From Felis catus (lineage: Eukaryota): 64,000 bases of DNA. The position numbers and the translations under genes were made by a program. Positions 9,035-24,000 of this stretch are shown one piece after another. Every line of letters starts with the position of its first letter. Within the stretch, counting starts at the first letter, position 1. The notes below the pieces were generated by a model. It searched no databases. It was given only the letters and a program-made list of their open reading frames with translations, and was not told where the DNA came from. The stretch is from assembly GCF_018350175.1 (NCBI RefSeq), contig NC_058368.1, forward strand, positions 171,432,001 to 171,496,000, in the 5' to 3' direction.

Positions 9035-12000
9035 CTAGAAGAAAATACATTCAAAAGATAAAGATTCAGAGAAGAAAATGGCCAAATCAACTTTATTAAT
9101 ACATCAGAAATTAAGGTTCATAGTATCAAAAGCTGTTCAACAAATACCCTGGTTATGACATGAAGATTGTAAAGTTAAGTCTGATTCTAACATGCATAAT
9201 ACACTAAATGCATGAAAATTAGTCCTAAATCACTCAGCTAAATATTTCTAGTCATTCCTAAACCAGACTCTCAGGTTGAATCAAGATAATTTTAAAGTGT
9301 GAGACCTCTGAAATGGAAGATGTCTGGATAATCTGAGAGGTAGGGGAAGGACAGTGTATGTGAAGAATGGAAAGCTAATACGGCAAGAGAAAAGTTGCTG
9401 GGAGGTCACCTAAAACAAGCAGTACCTTGTAAGTCACTTTACAGTAAAACCGGTCTCTGCCTGCATATCTTAAGAAAATAAAGTGAGAGTCCATGATTCA
9501 TCCCACCTTTACCAGCCTTCTGCATGAAAAAAGGAAGTGAGGTGTAGACAAGCCATACCACTACCAGAACTCTGGCACCATGACAGAACTTGGGAAATGC
9601 AACTTCCCTGCTTCCCAGTGTCATTCAAGTCCTTTCTCCATGTGGCAACCACATCAGTGGTTTCCTTTTGGCACTTAGAATAAAGCCCTGCGAAATCTGT
9701 CCCCATCCTCCTCCACACTCTGAGCACACTGGTCTTGGCTCAAACACCCCCAGGACCTTTACAGACTTCTCTCTTGCTCTTCCATCTGCACCTGGGTGGC
9801 TCCTACTCTGCAAGTTTCCAGCTTTATACATCAGTTCCTGAGATCACTGGTCACCCTATTTCTGTCATCGGTTTCTGAGTTAACTTTCTTGGACCACCCT
9901 ATTTCTGTAAAGTCACCTGTTGATTTTCTTTTATTTTTTTTTCAGTATATGAAATTTATTGTCAAATTGACCTGTTGATTTTCTAACTGAGCCCTTGGTT
10001 TCTTCATAATGCTTCCCTAATGATTTTGTTAACTTTTATGTGTTCTATGTCTAGGCCAGGAGTCTGAACATTTTTCTCAGAAGGGCCTAATTGTAGACTA
10101 CATCTGGTTGCTGTTGCATGTTGTGCCCCCCCCCCACCCCTTAACCCTTAAAAAATGTAAAAGCAATTTATTAGCTCCTAGGCCATACAGAAACAGGTAG
10201 GCTGGATTTAGCCCATAGGCTGTAGTTTACTGACTACCCAACCAGTGCCTATCTAATGTGCTTATTAGGTATTTGTTGAATTCAAAGAGATGTCACAGAG
10301 ACCAGCTTTGAATCAGTGCCACACTGATCCGTAGATGCATGTGAGCTGTTGTATGCAGAAAAGTGAGAACTATTTCAATGTGCAGAAGTTTCCTGCGATT
10401 CCTTAGTGATGGTGATCAGGGAGTCTAGGGTAGTTGGAAGAGCGAAAGTACAATAAAATTCTTTGTGCTGAATCCAACTTTAAATTTTAAGACAGAAAGT
10501 TCTGAAAAATCACTGCCTGTTTATCCTCACAATAACCCTGACAGGTTATTTACGTTGCATAGAAATTGAAGTTTACAAGTTACACGGTTTGCTCAAAGTC
10601 ACACAAGTGGTATGCAGAGACAAGGAGACACAAATGCAGGTCAATCTGAATGCAAAGCCTAAACTCCTAATCTTGAATATAAATTTTTAAAATACTATTG
10701 ACTTGAAACAATTGTTTGCACAACCTATTGGCTCTTCCAGATCTACCTAATCAAAAATGAGGAAGATGTTATTGGATGTAGTAACTAATCATCCAGTCCT
10801 CCATTCAGGACTGAGGCATTCACTCCCCCAGCTGCTGGGAGTGTTGGCTGATTTAAGGCTAAAAAACTGAGCCCTCCCCCAGGAACTACCTTCAGCTGAA
10901 GACAGCCCCCTCCTTAGGGCACCCTTCAACAAATGACTTGTTACATGGTGAGTGTCTATGTGTAAAGGCCAAGTGGGAGAGATCCGATAGGCCCTCTCAG
11001 CTCTAGAGCTCCCTGTGGAATCAGCTGATGCTTTATTCGGAGAATACTACACCATTCAACATTTGGCTTTCTCTCTCATCCCAACAAGTGTTGGTCCTTA
11101 TGCTTTCCAATAAAGTTCCTCCATGTAAACCTCCATCTCAGAATCTCTTCCCAGGAAATCTAACATAAATTAGTACAGGCGTTTCTGACCCTGCTTAAGT
11201 CAATGACAAAAATGAATCTGGAGTAACAAAGGGCAGTGCATAACCTGTACCACTGGAGTCAGTTTTCTTAGATTGTCCATAAACTCCCTGGATTTACATA
11301 TAAAACTGTGTTTACATGCCTTTTTATGGGAGACAGTAGTTAGAATTGCGTTCCAAAGGGATGGAGGATCTAATGAACACCACATCACTACAAACAACGG
11401 GTGGACAATGACCCATTATAAACATCAACTTTGTTCTTAGAGTGATGGTTTAAGTAGACCTAAATCCACCCAATGATCTCACACAGCCTTTTTTTCTCTG
11501 ATTTACCATAAGAGATGGTGTCAAACACCTTGCTGCAATATGTTTGTTAGAGTGCTCCCCTGATAGATCTAATCCAGCTGAGTAAATTGATTTTATTAAG
11601 GCAGACAGATAACTTTACTCTGTCCTTGAATTCCCTTTTAACCACATTATTTAAAACATTTCCAGAACAAAAGTAATTTTCTTTGATGGAGAAGACAAAT
11701 GAAATAGGACTTGAGTAATTCTGTCTGCCATCAATAATAGAACATGTGCCTGCTCTAAGTCTACCACTTTCTCGCTTCTCTGGCTCAAAAAATATCAAAG
11801 AATTTTTTTTTTTTTTAATTAGTGAAGCTATTGTTTCTTTGCTCTGGTTTCAAATAATCTTACCATTTATTTTCGTTATCCTTGGCTTTGCTCCAAGGAT
11901 CAGACTATTTGAGACCTTGCACTAGCTCTAGCTCTCACTTCTAACTTAACTCTTCCCATGTTGTGCCTTGTCTTGATCATGTAACCCTCCTTCCACGTTT

Positions 12001-15000
12001 TGTATAATTTCTTTTTAAATTATAGAATCTCAGAATGAGGTTAGAGATTCATTGCCCTATTTCCCCAAAAGAACTTTCAGAAAAGTGCTTCTCAAAAATT
12101 TTCATCAATACCAATACCTTAAAACTTTATTATTACCAACCTGATGAACTGTGGAGCCACCAGAACCCTGAGCATCTGAAGAACGTGTCACAGGAAGTGG
12201 AGGTACAAGATCTGTTTTTGAACTGCAGAGGATTTGTTTTAGAATTAACAATTGAGATAGTACCTAGAATCACAACTTGAGGTGGAAGAGAACTACAGAA
12301 TAGAAAACATGTTTGATGTACCTTTATACTCCTTAAGAGTACCTACCACAATACTTTACACGGAGAGATGTTTAATAAATGTTTTTGCATTAAGTTGGGC
12401 AGGCTTTGCATTAAGTTGAGCAAGGTTTTGACTTGCTCAAAATCATAGAAGAACCAAGAGTAAAACATTAGTGTGGTTCCCATGTGCTCTAGTTACTGTG
12501 ACATGTATAAATGGCCTTTCGATTTGTTTCCAAAGAAGCATTTGTGGCCATTTATTCTTTTTCTATAAACCTATGTAGCTATAAATAGCCATGCTCTACA
12601 TTTTACAAACAAAAAATAAACAAAACCTGGCCTATAACTCTCTCGGCTGGGCTAGCTTATGTCCCAACTTATTAATGTTTATCAAAATTTTGAGCCTTAA
12701 TTCAGAGTTAAATGATTAACATTCCTACCCAGCAATACCAAGTACATGATACATAATTATTTCATTAACATATTCATTTAAAATATAGCACCTCTTGCGA
12801 CTATATTGTGAAATACAGTCACTTTCCTCAAAAGAAAAACTGAATAACAAATAACTACAACATACGATATTTGCTATAGTAAAAGAAAATGTCATCAGAT
12901 CAAAAAGAAACATACACCGTTTCTCAAATAAGGATGCATTATTCACAATAGAATAGTTAATGCATTTTTTTTTCTTGTAAAAGTTTCAGTGCATAGCTTA
13001 GAGGTACCATGATTCAGGCTAAGTATGGTCTAGATCTGTGCTGTCCAATATGGTAGCCACTAGCCATACAGGGCTACTTACATTTAATTAAGAATATTAA
13101 ATTTTCAGTTTCTCGGTCACACTAGCCATCTTTCAGATACTTAACAGTTATAGATACAGAACATTTCCATCATTGCAGAAAGTCCTACTGTACTGTGCTG
13201 TTCCAGAACTGGAGCCCTGCAAGTAATAATGTACTCAAGCTTGCCCACTTACTTCACCTCCGAGAGAACAGATCGCTCTCCATCTGAACACTGAGACCTG
13301 CGATACTGGCGGTAACTTCGCGGTGAATGGGAATGCCTGATGCGGATTGGGTCACCTTGAGTCCTGAATAAGCAACCAAAAACATGGAAATAAACCAGAA
13401 GTCAGAAGAGGATAATTTGGAATTTTTCCTTAATATGGAAACCACAAAGGAATGACTTCAAGAATTTAAAAAGAACATGATCCCTCTGAGCTTAGAAAGC
13501 CTAAGTGGCTTCACTTTCACGAGCTAACAGAAAACTGCCCTCTTGACCGTTTACGTGACCATTTCATTTACATGAAAATGAAGCTCTATTATTTGTATGC
13601 ACATGAGTGTGTAGTTTTTTAATGAAAAATTCTAATGAAACTATTCCCTACAGTTGAATTTTTTCCAGTAGTGTGAAAGAAAAAAAATCTGTAACGCAGA
13701 CAAATGGCATTCCTATGAGGAAATAGCTAGTCCTTATCCTAGCTAATTAGCCTGTCATTAAGAATTCAATCTTTGGCCAAAGATGAGGGGGTGGTAGGAA
13801 GGGGAGTTGGGGAGAGTGTGTACAAACCTGCAGTTTGACCAGAGTGGGAAGAAAGCATGGGTTACAGACGGAAATAAAGCAAGGAAATAACCCCCCACTG
13901 CCACACACCCTTTCTCTTTACCAATTACAGCAGGGCAGAAAACAGAGTAAATAGATCATCTTCTGCTGCATCCTACACTGAATGGTGATTAGGGAATCCT
14001 GTTACGCTTCCATGGAGCACATTCAATGTGCTAGTTCTATGGGCTAATGTGGCAGGATTCAGGGCCAACACATCTATCTTGTAGTGAATAAAAAGAAACA
14101 TTATTACCAATCAATGAATCCCTTAAAAAAAGAACTTAGGTTTTAGAACACATTAATTATCAAAAGCTCCCGTGTACCCACTTCATACAAACTGGCAGTT
14201 AAAATATGATTGTGATTGTAGTGCAAAATAACAATTAGCTTTAATACACCATTTTCTACCTCTTTCTCTACAGTTTTTTTTTTTAATGTTTATTTTTGAG
14301 AGGGAGAGACACAGAATGCAAGCAAGCCAGGGGGCAGAGAGAGAGAGGGAGACACACAATCTGAAGCAGGCTCCAGGCTCTGAGCTGTCAGCACAGAGCC
14401 TGACCGAACTCACAAACCGTGAGATCATGACCTGAGCCGAAGTCAGATGCTTAACAGACTGAGCCACTCAGGCACCCCCTTTCCTACAGTTTTAATTTTA
14501 GTTAAAATGTAAAGACAAAGCCCTTCATAGAATACCACCGGAAACTAAGAATGGACTATTCACTTATAAGTACTAATAAAACTTTTGTGACAAGATTTTC
14601 AAAGACATACTCACTCTATTTTAGTGTATGGAATCTCTTTTAATTGTTCTTCAGACAAACCAGAAGGATCCACAAGTTCCTTTCTAGAAGGGAATGAGCA
14701 AGAAAATTAAATTTATGAAGCTGATAGAAATACAACTGGCAGGTGAGTTTTTCCTTCCTAACCTTATCCCCAAACACAGTATTAGTAAAACTAAGAGAAA
14801 TATAAGCCAGGAGCAAAGATTAAAAACCTAGTATGTATTCAAGGAAAAATGGGGGGAAAAACCTTTTCTGTGGCTCTTCTACCTTTTTTCCAGTTTTTCT
14901 ATAACTGGAATGTAGACGACTCTTCCATCCATCATTTCTTTACAAAAGATCTGCTTCTCTCCCCCGTAGTATCTTTTTTCCTTCTGAATCTGTTTTCCCT

Positions 15001-18000
15001 GGTATTTATTTGTAAAACATTGTCCTGAGGCCATTTACAGGTGAGGCTAACTGGCCTTAAGAGAGAAGATGTCAGGGCTACCTGTAGAGGGGCTGCTGGC
15101 ACGGGAAGGCACCACCGCTGTGAGTCCCATGTTCCACATAATGATGGCAATGAAGAAAGACTATGTGACAGGCTTCAGCCAGAGGCTGAAACAAGAAGAG
15201 GAAGAAAAAAATCAGTACTTACTGAATATGCTTCCATAACTCTTCTTTTGCTTGGATATCAGGGCTCCTCCTATAAATAGAAAAAACACCACTCATCTCT
15301 GCAAACATGCTTCATCGAAAAATCTAACAGCTAACTTTAGCCGAGCTACATTAATAGTTTTCAGACTGTGAAGTTCTTATTTGCCAGCTGGGACCAGACA
15401 ACGAAAGACTGGGCAGGGAGAGCCAATGTGGGATAGCATAAAGATACAAGATAATTTATCTGCTAGTACTACTGAAAAAAATCACATAAAACCCAGCCAC
15501 AGCCAAGGCTTTATCTGATGAAAGAGCCTAGAACTTGAAGAGCAAATCCACACACCCTCCACTGGTGATTTTACAGTGAAGATGATTCAGGGCTTCTGTT
15601 TCTGGTCCTTCTGGCTATTTCTAAGTAAAGGCAAAGAACTCATCCTGATTCTATTAATAGGAAAGATTCCCAACATGATCTGTGATTACCTAGTAGAAGC
15701 AGCAACCACAGGGAAAAGGGAATGGTGGGACAGCCCAGGCTGGCACACTGTGCCAGTGACCTACCTACCTTTCATACTACATCTCATGTTGTGTTTCTGG
15801 GCCAGAGCATGGGCCCAGAAATGCTGGGATCTATGTGTGGCTTATACTGTCACCTCTGTATGCCCTTCTCCATCCGAATCTACATACCCCACAAATCTCC
15901 AAAAATCCCTGAGTAGAAATTATACCACTACTTTTAATTTCCTAGAATGAGAAATTTCAAGTCTTTATCCATGTGTTCACCCTCCCCACAATAGCAATGA
16001 ATACTAGAAATCTATTATCACTGCAAGTGTTGCCACAGAATGATTTTTTTTCCTAGTGAGAAAATGAAAAGCTTTCGTTAGTCCTTTCAATAGAACCAAG
16101 GCCTAATAAAGGCCCAAAGAAAGGACGCAAAACCTAACAATTAAAAGGCCTGGTGCTACGCAAAGCCACAGCAATACTCTGTCCTGTGGAATTTTACGTT
16201 CATAATCTGTATCAGCATTTTTGGGCTCAATATCACTTTCAACATATGATATTATCATTGTTTTCATTTTTCTCAGTAATAAGGCACCACTGAGGCATTC
16301 TGGTAGGACTTTCTGAGACCACAGAATACAATAAGCTACTTTCTAGCAATTAAATTGACTAAGTGGCTTTTTCCTTTATGGAAAAAAAATCTGTAAAGGC
16401 CTTTTAACCAATTCAAAAGGAGTCAAAACATGGAAGATAAGGGGAGGGGATGAAGCCTTGGTCTCAAATGTAAAAATGTGATATTGTTAAATGTTGATTT
16501 TGTTATATAATAAAATTATATGCTTAAAAAAAATTTTTAAAGGTTATTTTGAGAGACAGAGCATGAGAGACAGAGAGAGGGGAGGGGCAGGGAGAGAGGA
16601 AGGAGATAATCCAAAGCAGGCTCTACACTGTCAGCACAGAGCCTGATGCAGGGCTCGATCCCATGAACCATGAGATTGTCACCTGAGCCAAAATCAAGAG
16701 TCACTGAGCCACCCAGATGCCCCTATACACTTTTTTTTTTACGTCTTAAGAAATGCTTCTTTGGAAGGATTTTCTGTAAGGAATCTGCCTTTCCTATGTT
16801 TGGCTGGTGTGATTCACTAGACAATACTTTAAATGATACTTCCGGAGAAGGTGCTAATACTAAAAAGCACTAAGCTATTTATACTATTCTCAGAGAAAAG
16901 ATGGTTCTGCTTTACCTATACATCAGCATCTAATTGTCAGAGAGGGTCACCCAATAGTCTTAAGTATTACAGAATATCTAGGTTAGGAAGCCATTCTATT
17001 GAAAATCATTCTTATCTCTGAAGGTGCAATAGTAAGGCTATCTTTGAGTTGAAGAGGGTTTCTCAATCTCAACACTATTGACATTCTGGGTCAAATAATT
17101 CTTTGCTGGAGAGGGCTGTCCTATGCGTTGTAGGATGATTAGTAGCCCTATGGTCTCTGCCCATGATGTCAGTAATACCTCCCCACTGTGACAAGCAAAA
17201 ATGTCTCCAGGCATTGCCAAATGTCCCATGGGGCGCAAAACTGCCCGAAACTGGAAATAATTGGTCAAAGGTTTGACCTGAAAGTAAAGTAGTTATGGTT
17301 GGGTGGAGGAACTGTGAGGCCAGGTCACTGTAGAGATCCATTATGTGATTACTGACACAGTGTCGGAGAGAATAATAGCAAAGCAGGAACTAAATCTTCA
17401 AATAATGAGGTAAGGGACGCATACACAAGGAGTGGTATAATTTGATGGCCTGAGATTCAAAACCGAGTGCTTTGAGGAAAGAGGAAGGGAGAATAAGAAA
17501 AAGCAATGAGGGGCAAGTAGGATGTGCCTGTCCCCCATGACCACCATATCAGGCTAGTGAGAGAGAGATGATGAATATAAGCAACATACAAAACACTTGA
17601 TAACTGGATATTTCTGAGTGCTGGAATTGCAGGTAATGTTATTATTCATACTTACCTATCTTTTCTGATTTATTTTTAGTCAAGAGAATTTTTTTTAAGT
17701 TTATTTATTTTTGAGAGAGAGAGAGCACAAGCAGGAGAGGGGCAGAGAGAGAGGGAGACGGAATCCCAAGCTGGCTCACACTGTCATGGTCAAGAGAATT
17801 TCTAACTTTAGGTATCAAAAAAGAAAAACATAAAAATATTTCCATGGTTTAAAAAATTACTATTGTTGCAATTCCACAGGCAATACCTTTCATTCCCATC
17901 TTGTAAGAATTAGCAGAAATGTTACCTTAACCCAAATGGGAACATTAGTCCTTGGAGCCATAAATACTGGTCCTAAAAGATTCAGGAATTTAGTCTAGAT

Positions 18001-21000
18001 GTTTAAGTTCTATAGCATCTACAATAAGCATCTACGATTGTCATGTTTAAGTTACTGAGTTCTGAAATGCCCAGCAGTTTCAAGCAGCTTTATGTCAGGG
18101 AGAAGTTCCAAAGCTAAAAACAAAAAAAACAAAAACAAAAACAAAAAAAACAATTTCCTCCAATTGCTAGACCACCTGTGATTTAACAAATGTAAATACA
18201 GGCAACATGCTAATGAGGAATGTATTATTCTTATGCTTACATCTGCACACATTTAATCAATAATTTAGGATGATTTCATTATCTGCAGCTCAACATCATT
18301 TTGTGAATTTAGAAAGCTGTGGGATTTTGACAGCCATTTTTCTTAATTAAAGGGCTCGTAATTATGCAGATGTTTTATTTGAACTCTCCAAATAAGTTCC
18401 TAAGGAAATAGAGCATATATATATATAATACACATGAAGTTCAATATTAGTCCCATATTTTTCAAAAACAAAACATCCCTCATCTACACCTGATACCAAC
18501 AGCCCGATATAAATATTCATTTTTCAGAGAAATTAGCTTTGATGAGACATCATTTAGAATCATCATCTCCTTTCTTCCAAAACTCTAAGAACAACACTTG
18601 TTAAATCTACAGTGTTTAAACCCCATCACTGCATATAGTCTTTTACATCTCCCTAACGTTACAATTATATTAACTAGAAAACACTATATGTTATACCATG
18701 GGATACAATACACTATATTTTTATATACTATAATAAACTAAAAAATAAACGAGGTAGCATTTGACTTCATGCTTTTGTGACCTTACCACTGAACGCTGTT
18801 CTAAAAGGAAATTTAGACTTGAAAATGTTACTAAGAAAACTGTAAGTTTATAAAACATCTTTATTTTAAAAATCCAAAGCCCTTAACAAATATCTCATTA
18901 ATTCCTCATCATATTCCTGAGTGGTCAGAATGGACACGATTAAGAGAAAGCTTAATCTTCCACTCCTTCCCTCCCTCTGTCAGAATTAAAGAAGGATTAG
19001 GAAGCCACAGGGCTCAGCAACCTGGCTACTGAAGATCATTCAAGGAGTCACTTCCAGAACCTACATGCTAAATCTCTGAGGAATCAGACTTCTGTTTTGT
19101 CTTTAATGGGAACATCACTTCACCCTGACAATCCCATCTTCACATCAATTATTTTTGAATAAAAATAGTGAGACCTTACCACCACCAGAGGGAGCATGAG
19201 CCTTCTCACACACACAAGTTGAACCTATGAGAACTATTGTTTCAGCTTCATTGCCTCTTCCGAATATACCAATGAGTAAAGTTTTACTAATATAGAAAAG
19301 CATTTTCACCAAAAGTTTCTAATGATAAGTAAACAAGAATGTCATGGCAATGCAGCTTCAAAATGTACTAGAAAGAACGGTACTTCTCAACATTTTCCTA
19401 GATGAGATCCAATGATATTTTAGTTTAATGTGTTTTAGGAGAGAGGGGGTTTGTATTTTATACTATTGTATGTCTCTGGCATTTATAATACACAAAATTT
19501 TCTAGCTTTTTATTGTAAATTTGAAAAATAAAATGAATGAATCATGTGAATGATGTATTATAGCATTCTAAACCCTCAGTGAATATATGTCCATATAGCA
19601 ATTTATTGACACGGTAGTAGGAATTAAGAATATGGGAGTAATTGACAGTTAAGTGGTTTACTGTATATCTGAAATGTTAATTATATGTTAAGAACAATTT
19701 TAATTACTTTCTCAGATCCTGCTCTAGTCATGTTACCATTTTTTAAAAAAGCAGTAGCGATTCTTGGGGTGCCTGAGTGGCTCAGTCAGTTGAGCATCTG
19801 ATTCTTGGTTTTGGCTCAGGTCATTATCCCAGGGTCGTGGGATCAAGCCCGGCATTGGGCTGGGCTCTGCACTGAGCGTGGAGCATGCCTAGGATTCTCT
19901 CTCTCTCCCTCTCCCCTTCTCCCTGTCTCTCTCTCTCTAAAATTAAAAAAAAAAAATTTTTTTAATTAAAAAAAAAAACATTAAGAAAAAAGCAGTAGTG
20001 GTTCCTAAATTTGCACAGAACCAAATTATAATCTTCATTTGAGTTGGCCCCACCCCGCTCTCTTCACATCTCACCTCCTCTTTATCTCAAGGGAAAAAAA
20101 TCAGTACCTTACAGCATTTCTAGAGATTGCCCAAGACCTAGAGAACTTATTATAGTAACTGTAATCCCAAGTATGATATCACAGGTACTTGTCATATAGG
20201 ACTTGAATTTTCAGCAATATGAAAATGGTATTATCTGTTTGTAGAGATGACACTGGGAGTTCATGGAGATTAGGCAGTAAGCTAACATTGGGGAGGCCCA
20301 GAAAGCAGAGGTCTGACAATGGCACCCAGCAAATAACTTTCTTAGTTGTTAACAAACCTCAGGTTTTTAATGTCATAGCTCAAATGAAAGAGAGCTCAGT
20401 TTGTCCATATAAGGTAGGTATTCCATCATCTTGCAGAGTTGTAACAGTTTTATCCAGTTGCCTACTTGACATTTCCATTTGATTACACACTTGGTTTCTC
20501 AAACCTAACAAAACAAAAATCTTGACACTCTCTCCACACACATCTCCAGCCCATCTCACCCACCTCAGTAAAACCTCGTGACTTCCCGCTCCACCCATCA
20601 GTCCCAGATTGCAAATTCATGCAAAATACCTGTCACACTCCCAAATCCGCCAGCACTGCTTCCAAAATGTGTTTTCATCCACTTCTCTTCATTTCTGAGC
20701 TAAAACCACCTCTTACACCTAGCCCACCCCAGAGGTTTTCCAGTTGCTCTTCCTATGTCCTTTCTCCTTCTCAGTCTGCTTTTTACCAAGGAGGTAGAGT
20801 AACTTCTGAATGAACTACTCTTCAAATAGATTTTTTTTTCACTTGGAATTTCTTTAACTGCATTTTGGTCATATCAGCTATATAATTAATCAACCAAGTT
20901 CAGTTACAAAGTCATCCCAAATATTTGCTAAATCTTTTTTATGGTTTGTTTTAAACCTAAATTCCAGAAAGATGCACATCAAACTCTTAATGGGGTTCTA

Positions 21001-24000
21001 TCCTACAACTGCATTTTTCTGAGATAATCCTGTACCTGATCTGATATTTTTATCATGTAAATAAGATTAAAATTAAAGTTTAAATAATATTTTAAGTTTA
21101 AAGTACCATTGGATTCTTCTCTGATTTCAGCTGATCTGATAAAAGCAATACTGAGTTTAAAGGCATATCTCTACCTCAAAAGGGCATTCTGAACCTCTGC
21201 TTCTGGACACAATGGAATAACTGGTTTCAGAGGGACCCTTCCCTCCTCAAGGACTATAAAATAAAACAAAATATACAAAGCAACTGTTTCTCAGACATTG
21301 GGCAACAGACAAGATAAGCCTATGATGTTTGAGAGAAGAGAAGCACAAGGCAAGCCCCCTCATTTGCTTCGGTTTCCTCTGGGGGGACTTTCCCAGTATG
21401 GGACAGGAAAGTGGAGCTCAAGAGGCAACAGTCTCACGTGGCTGGGGAGGCAGAGATCAGAACGTGAGGCTACTGATCAGGCTGGAATTTACAATGCAGG
21501 ATAAAATTAGAAAGGGGACTTCAGAAGTCTGTACGGGGTTTTCCCCCGTATAGTGAGTATATTCATTGCACTTAATCTCTACATAAGCGGGGTAAGACTA
21601 TATGAGGCCTAACAGAGAGAAGCTGCTGTAAGACTTAGAGCCGAGCAGAGACACCAGAGAGTGTGAAGTGGTAGGAGACAGAGTTCTGATGCAGTTGCTG
21701 TGGAAAAGCCATGCTGAACACTGTATGCTTCAATTAAGACTCCAGAAAGGCCAAGCTTTAGGAATGGGGATGAAGCCTAAAGTAAAAAAACATCCTAAAC
21801 TAATGAAAAAGTCTAAAAAGTCCCACACTACCAAAGCATAAACCCAAGCATAAAAAATAAGATTGAAAGTAGCCACCAGTAATTTAGCCACCTGCCTGAA
21901 CAAAATTTGACTCTTTAAAGAAAGACAGCATAGGGGCGCCTGGGTGGCTCGGTTAGTTAGGCGTCTGACTTCGGCTCAGGTCATGATCTCATGGTTTGTG
22001 AGTTCAAGTTCCACGTCAGGCTATGTGCTGACAGCTCAGAGCCTGGAGCCTGCTTCAGATTCTGTGTCTCCCTCTCTCTGCCCCTCCCCTGCTCATGCTG
22101 TGTCTCTGTCTCTCAAAAAAAAAGTGAATAAACGTTAAAAAAATTTTTTTTTAAAGAAAGGCAGCATAATCCAGACCTCCTAATTAGACATCATCTAAAA
22201 TTTTCAGCATATATGGGGTGCCTGGCTGGCTCAATCAGTACAGCATACAACTCTTGATCTTAGGGTTATGGGTTCGAGCTCCATGTTGGTGTAGAGATTA
22301 TTTAAAAATAAAAGCTTTAGGGGCACCTGGGTGCCTCAGGCAGTTAAGTGTCCAACTCTTGGTTTTGGCTCAGGTCACAATCTCATGGTTTGTGAGTTTG
22401 AGACCCATGTCTGCTTGGGATTCTCTCTCCATGCCCCTCCCCTGCTTACTCACTCATTCTCTCTCTAAAAATAAATAAATAAACTTAAAAAAAATAATAA
22501 AATCTTTAAAAAATAAATTTTCTGCGTACAATAAAAAATTATTATATATGTAGAGAGATAAATATAATCATAATCTAAAAATAATAAAAATAGTCAATAG
22601 AAACATTTTTAAATGTGGGAATTCATAAACAAGAGCTTTAAAACATCTTGTAAATATGTATATAACAACTTCTAGGAAAATATGGACATAATAAATGAAT
22701 ACATGGGAAATCTCAACAGAGAAATGAAAACTATTAGAAGAACAAAAGTAAAAGTCAGAGAACTTTAAGAGGAGACTGGATAACACAGGGCAAAAAGAAT
22801 GGACTAAGCTGAAAACAAGTCAACAGAAATCAAAATTTAAAGGGGAAAAATATTTTATAAATGAACAAAACCTTAGTTGCTTTTGGGACAATATTAAATG
22901 GTCTAGCATATATACAATTTGATACCCAAGAAACAGAAGACTGAATGGGTCAGGAAAAAGAATTGGAAAATATAATGGCCAAAAGTCTCCTAAATTTGGT
23001 GAAAAACATCAAATTACAGAAACATAAATAATAAATATAAAGATGACATTTAGCTATACCATAGTCAAACAAATAAAAAGATAATGAAAAAAAATCATAA
23101 AAGTAGCTGGTGAAACAAAAGACAAATTCCATACAGTGCCTATGGAATGAAGATAGACTTATCAGAAATAAGAACACAACCAGAACACAACAGAACAATC
23201 TCTTTAAGTGTGAAAGAAAAAACTATCAACTTAGAATCATATAGCTAGTGAAAACATCTGCTCCAAACAAGGGTAAGATAAAGACATCTTCACATAAACG
23301 ATGAGAATTCCTCATCTGCAGACTGGTACTACAAGAAATGCTGAAGGAAGGAAAATGGAATGTCAGACCTAGAGGAAGAAATAAAACACACTGGTCATAG
23401 TAAATATGTGGGTAACTGTATTCATTCTTTTTTGCTTATTTATCTTTGAGAGAGAGAAAAAGAGAGTGTATGTGCCTAAGCTGGGGAGGGGCAGAGAGAG
23501 AGGGAGAGAATCCAAAGCAGGTTCCACCCTACCAGTGCAGAGCCTGATGTGGGGCTTGTGGGCTTGAGCCCACAAACTGTGAGATCATGACCTGAGCTGA
23601 AATCAAGAGTTGGATGCTTAGCTGACTGAGCCACCCAGGCACCCCACTGTATTCATTTTCTATTGCTGCTGTAGAAAATTGCCACAAATTTAATGGCTTA
23701 AAACAACACAAATTTTTTTTAATATGAAATTTATTGTCAAATTGGTTTCCATACAACACCCAGTGCTCATCCCAAAAGGTGTCCTCCTCAATACCCATCA
23801 CCCACCCCCCTCTCCCTCCCACCCCCACATTAACCCTTAGTTTGTTCTCAGTTTTTAAGAGTCTCTTATGCTAAAACAACACAATTTTTTTATCTTACAG
23901 TTCTGTAGATCAGAAATCTGACCAAGGTCTCACTGGACTAAAATCAAGCTGTGACAGGGATGCATTCCTTTCTGGAGGCTCTAGAAGAAAATCCATTCCC

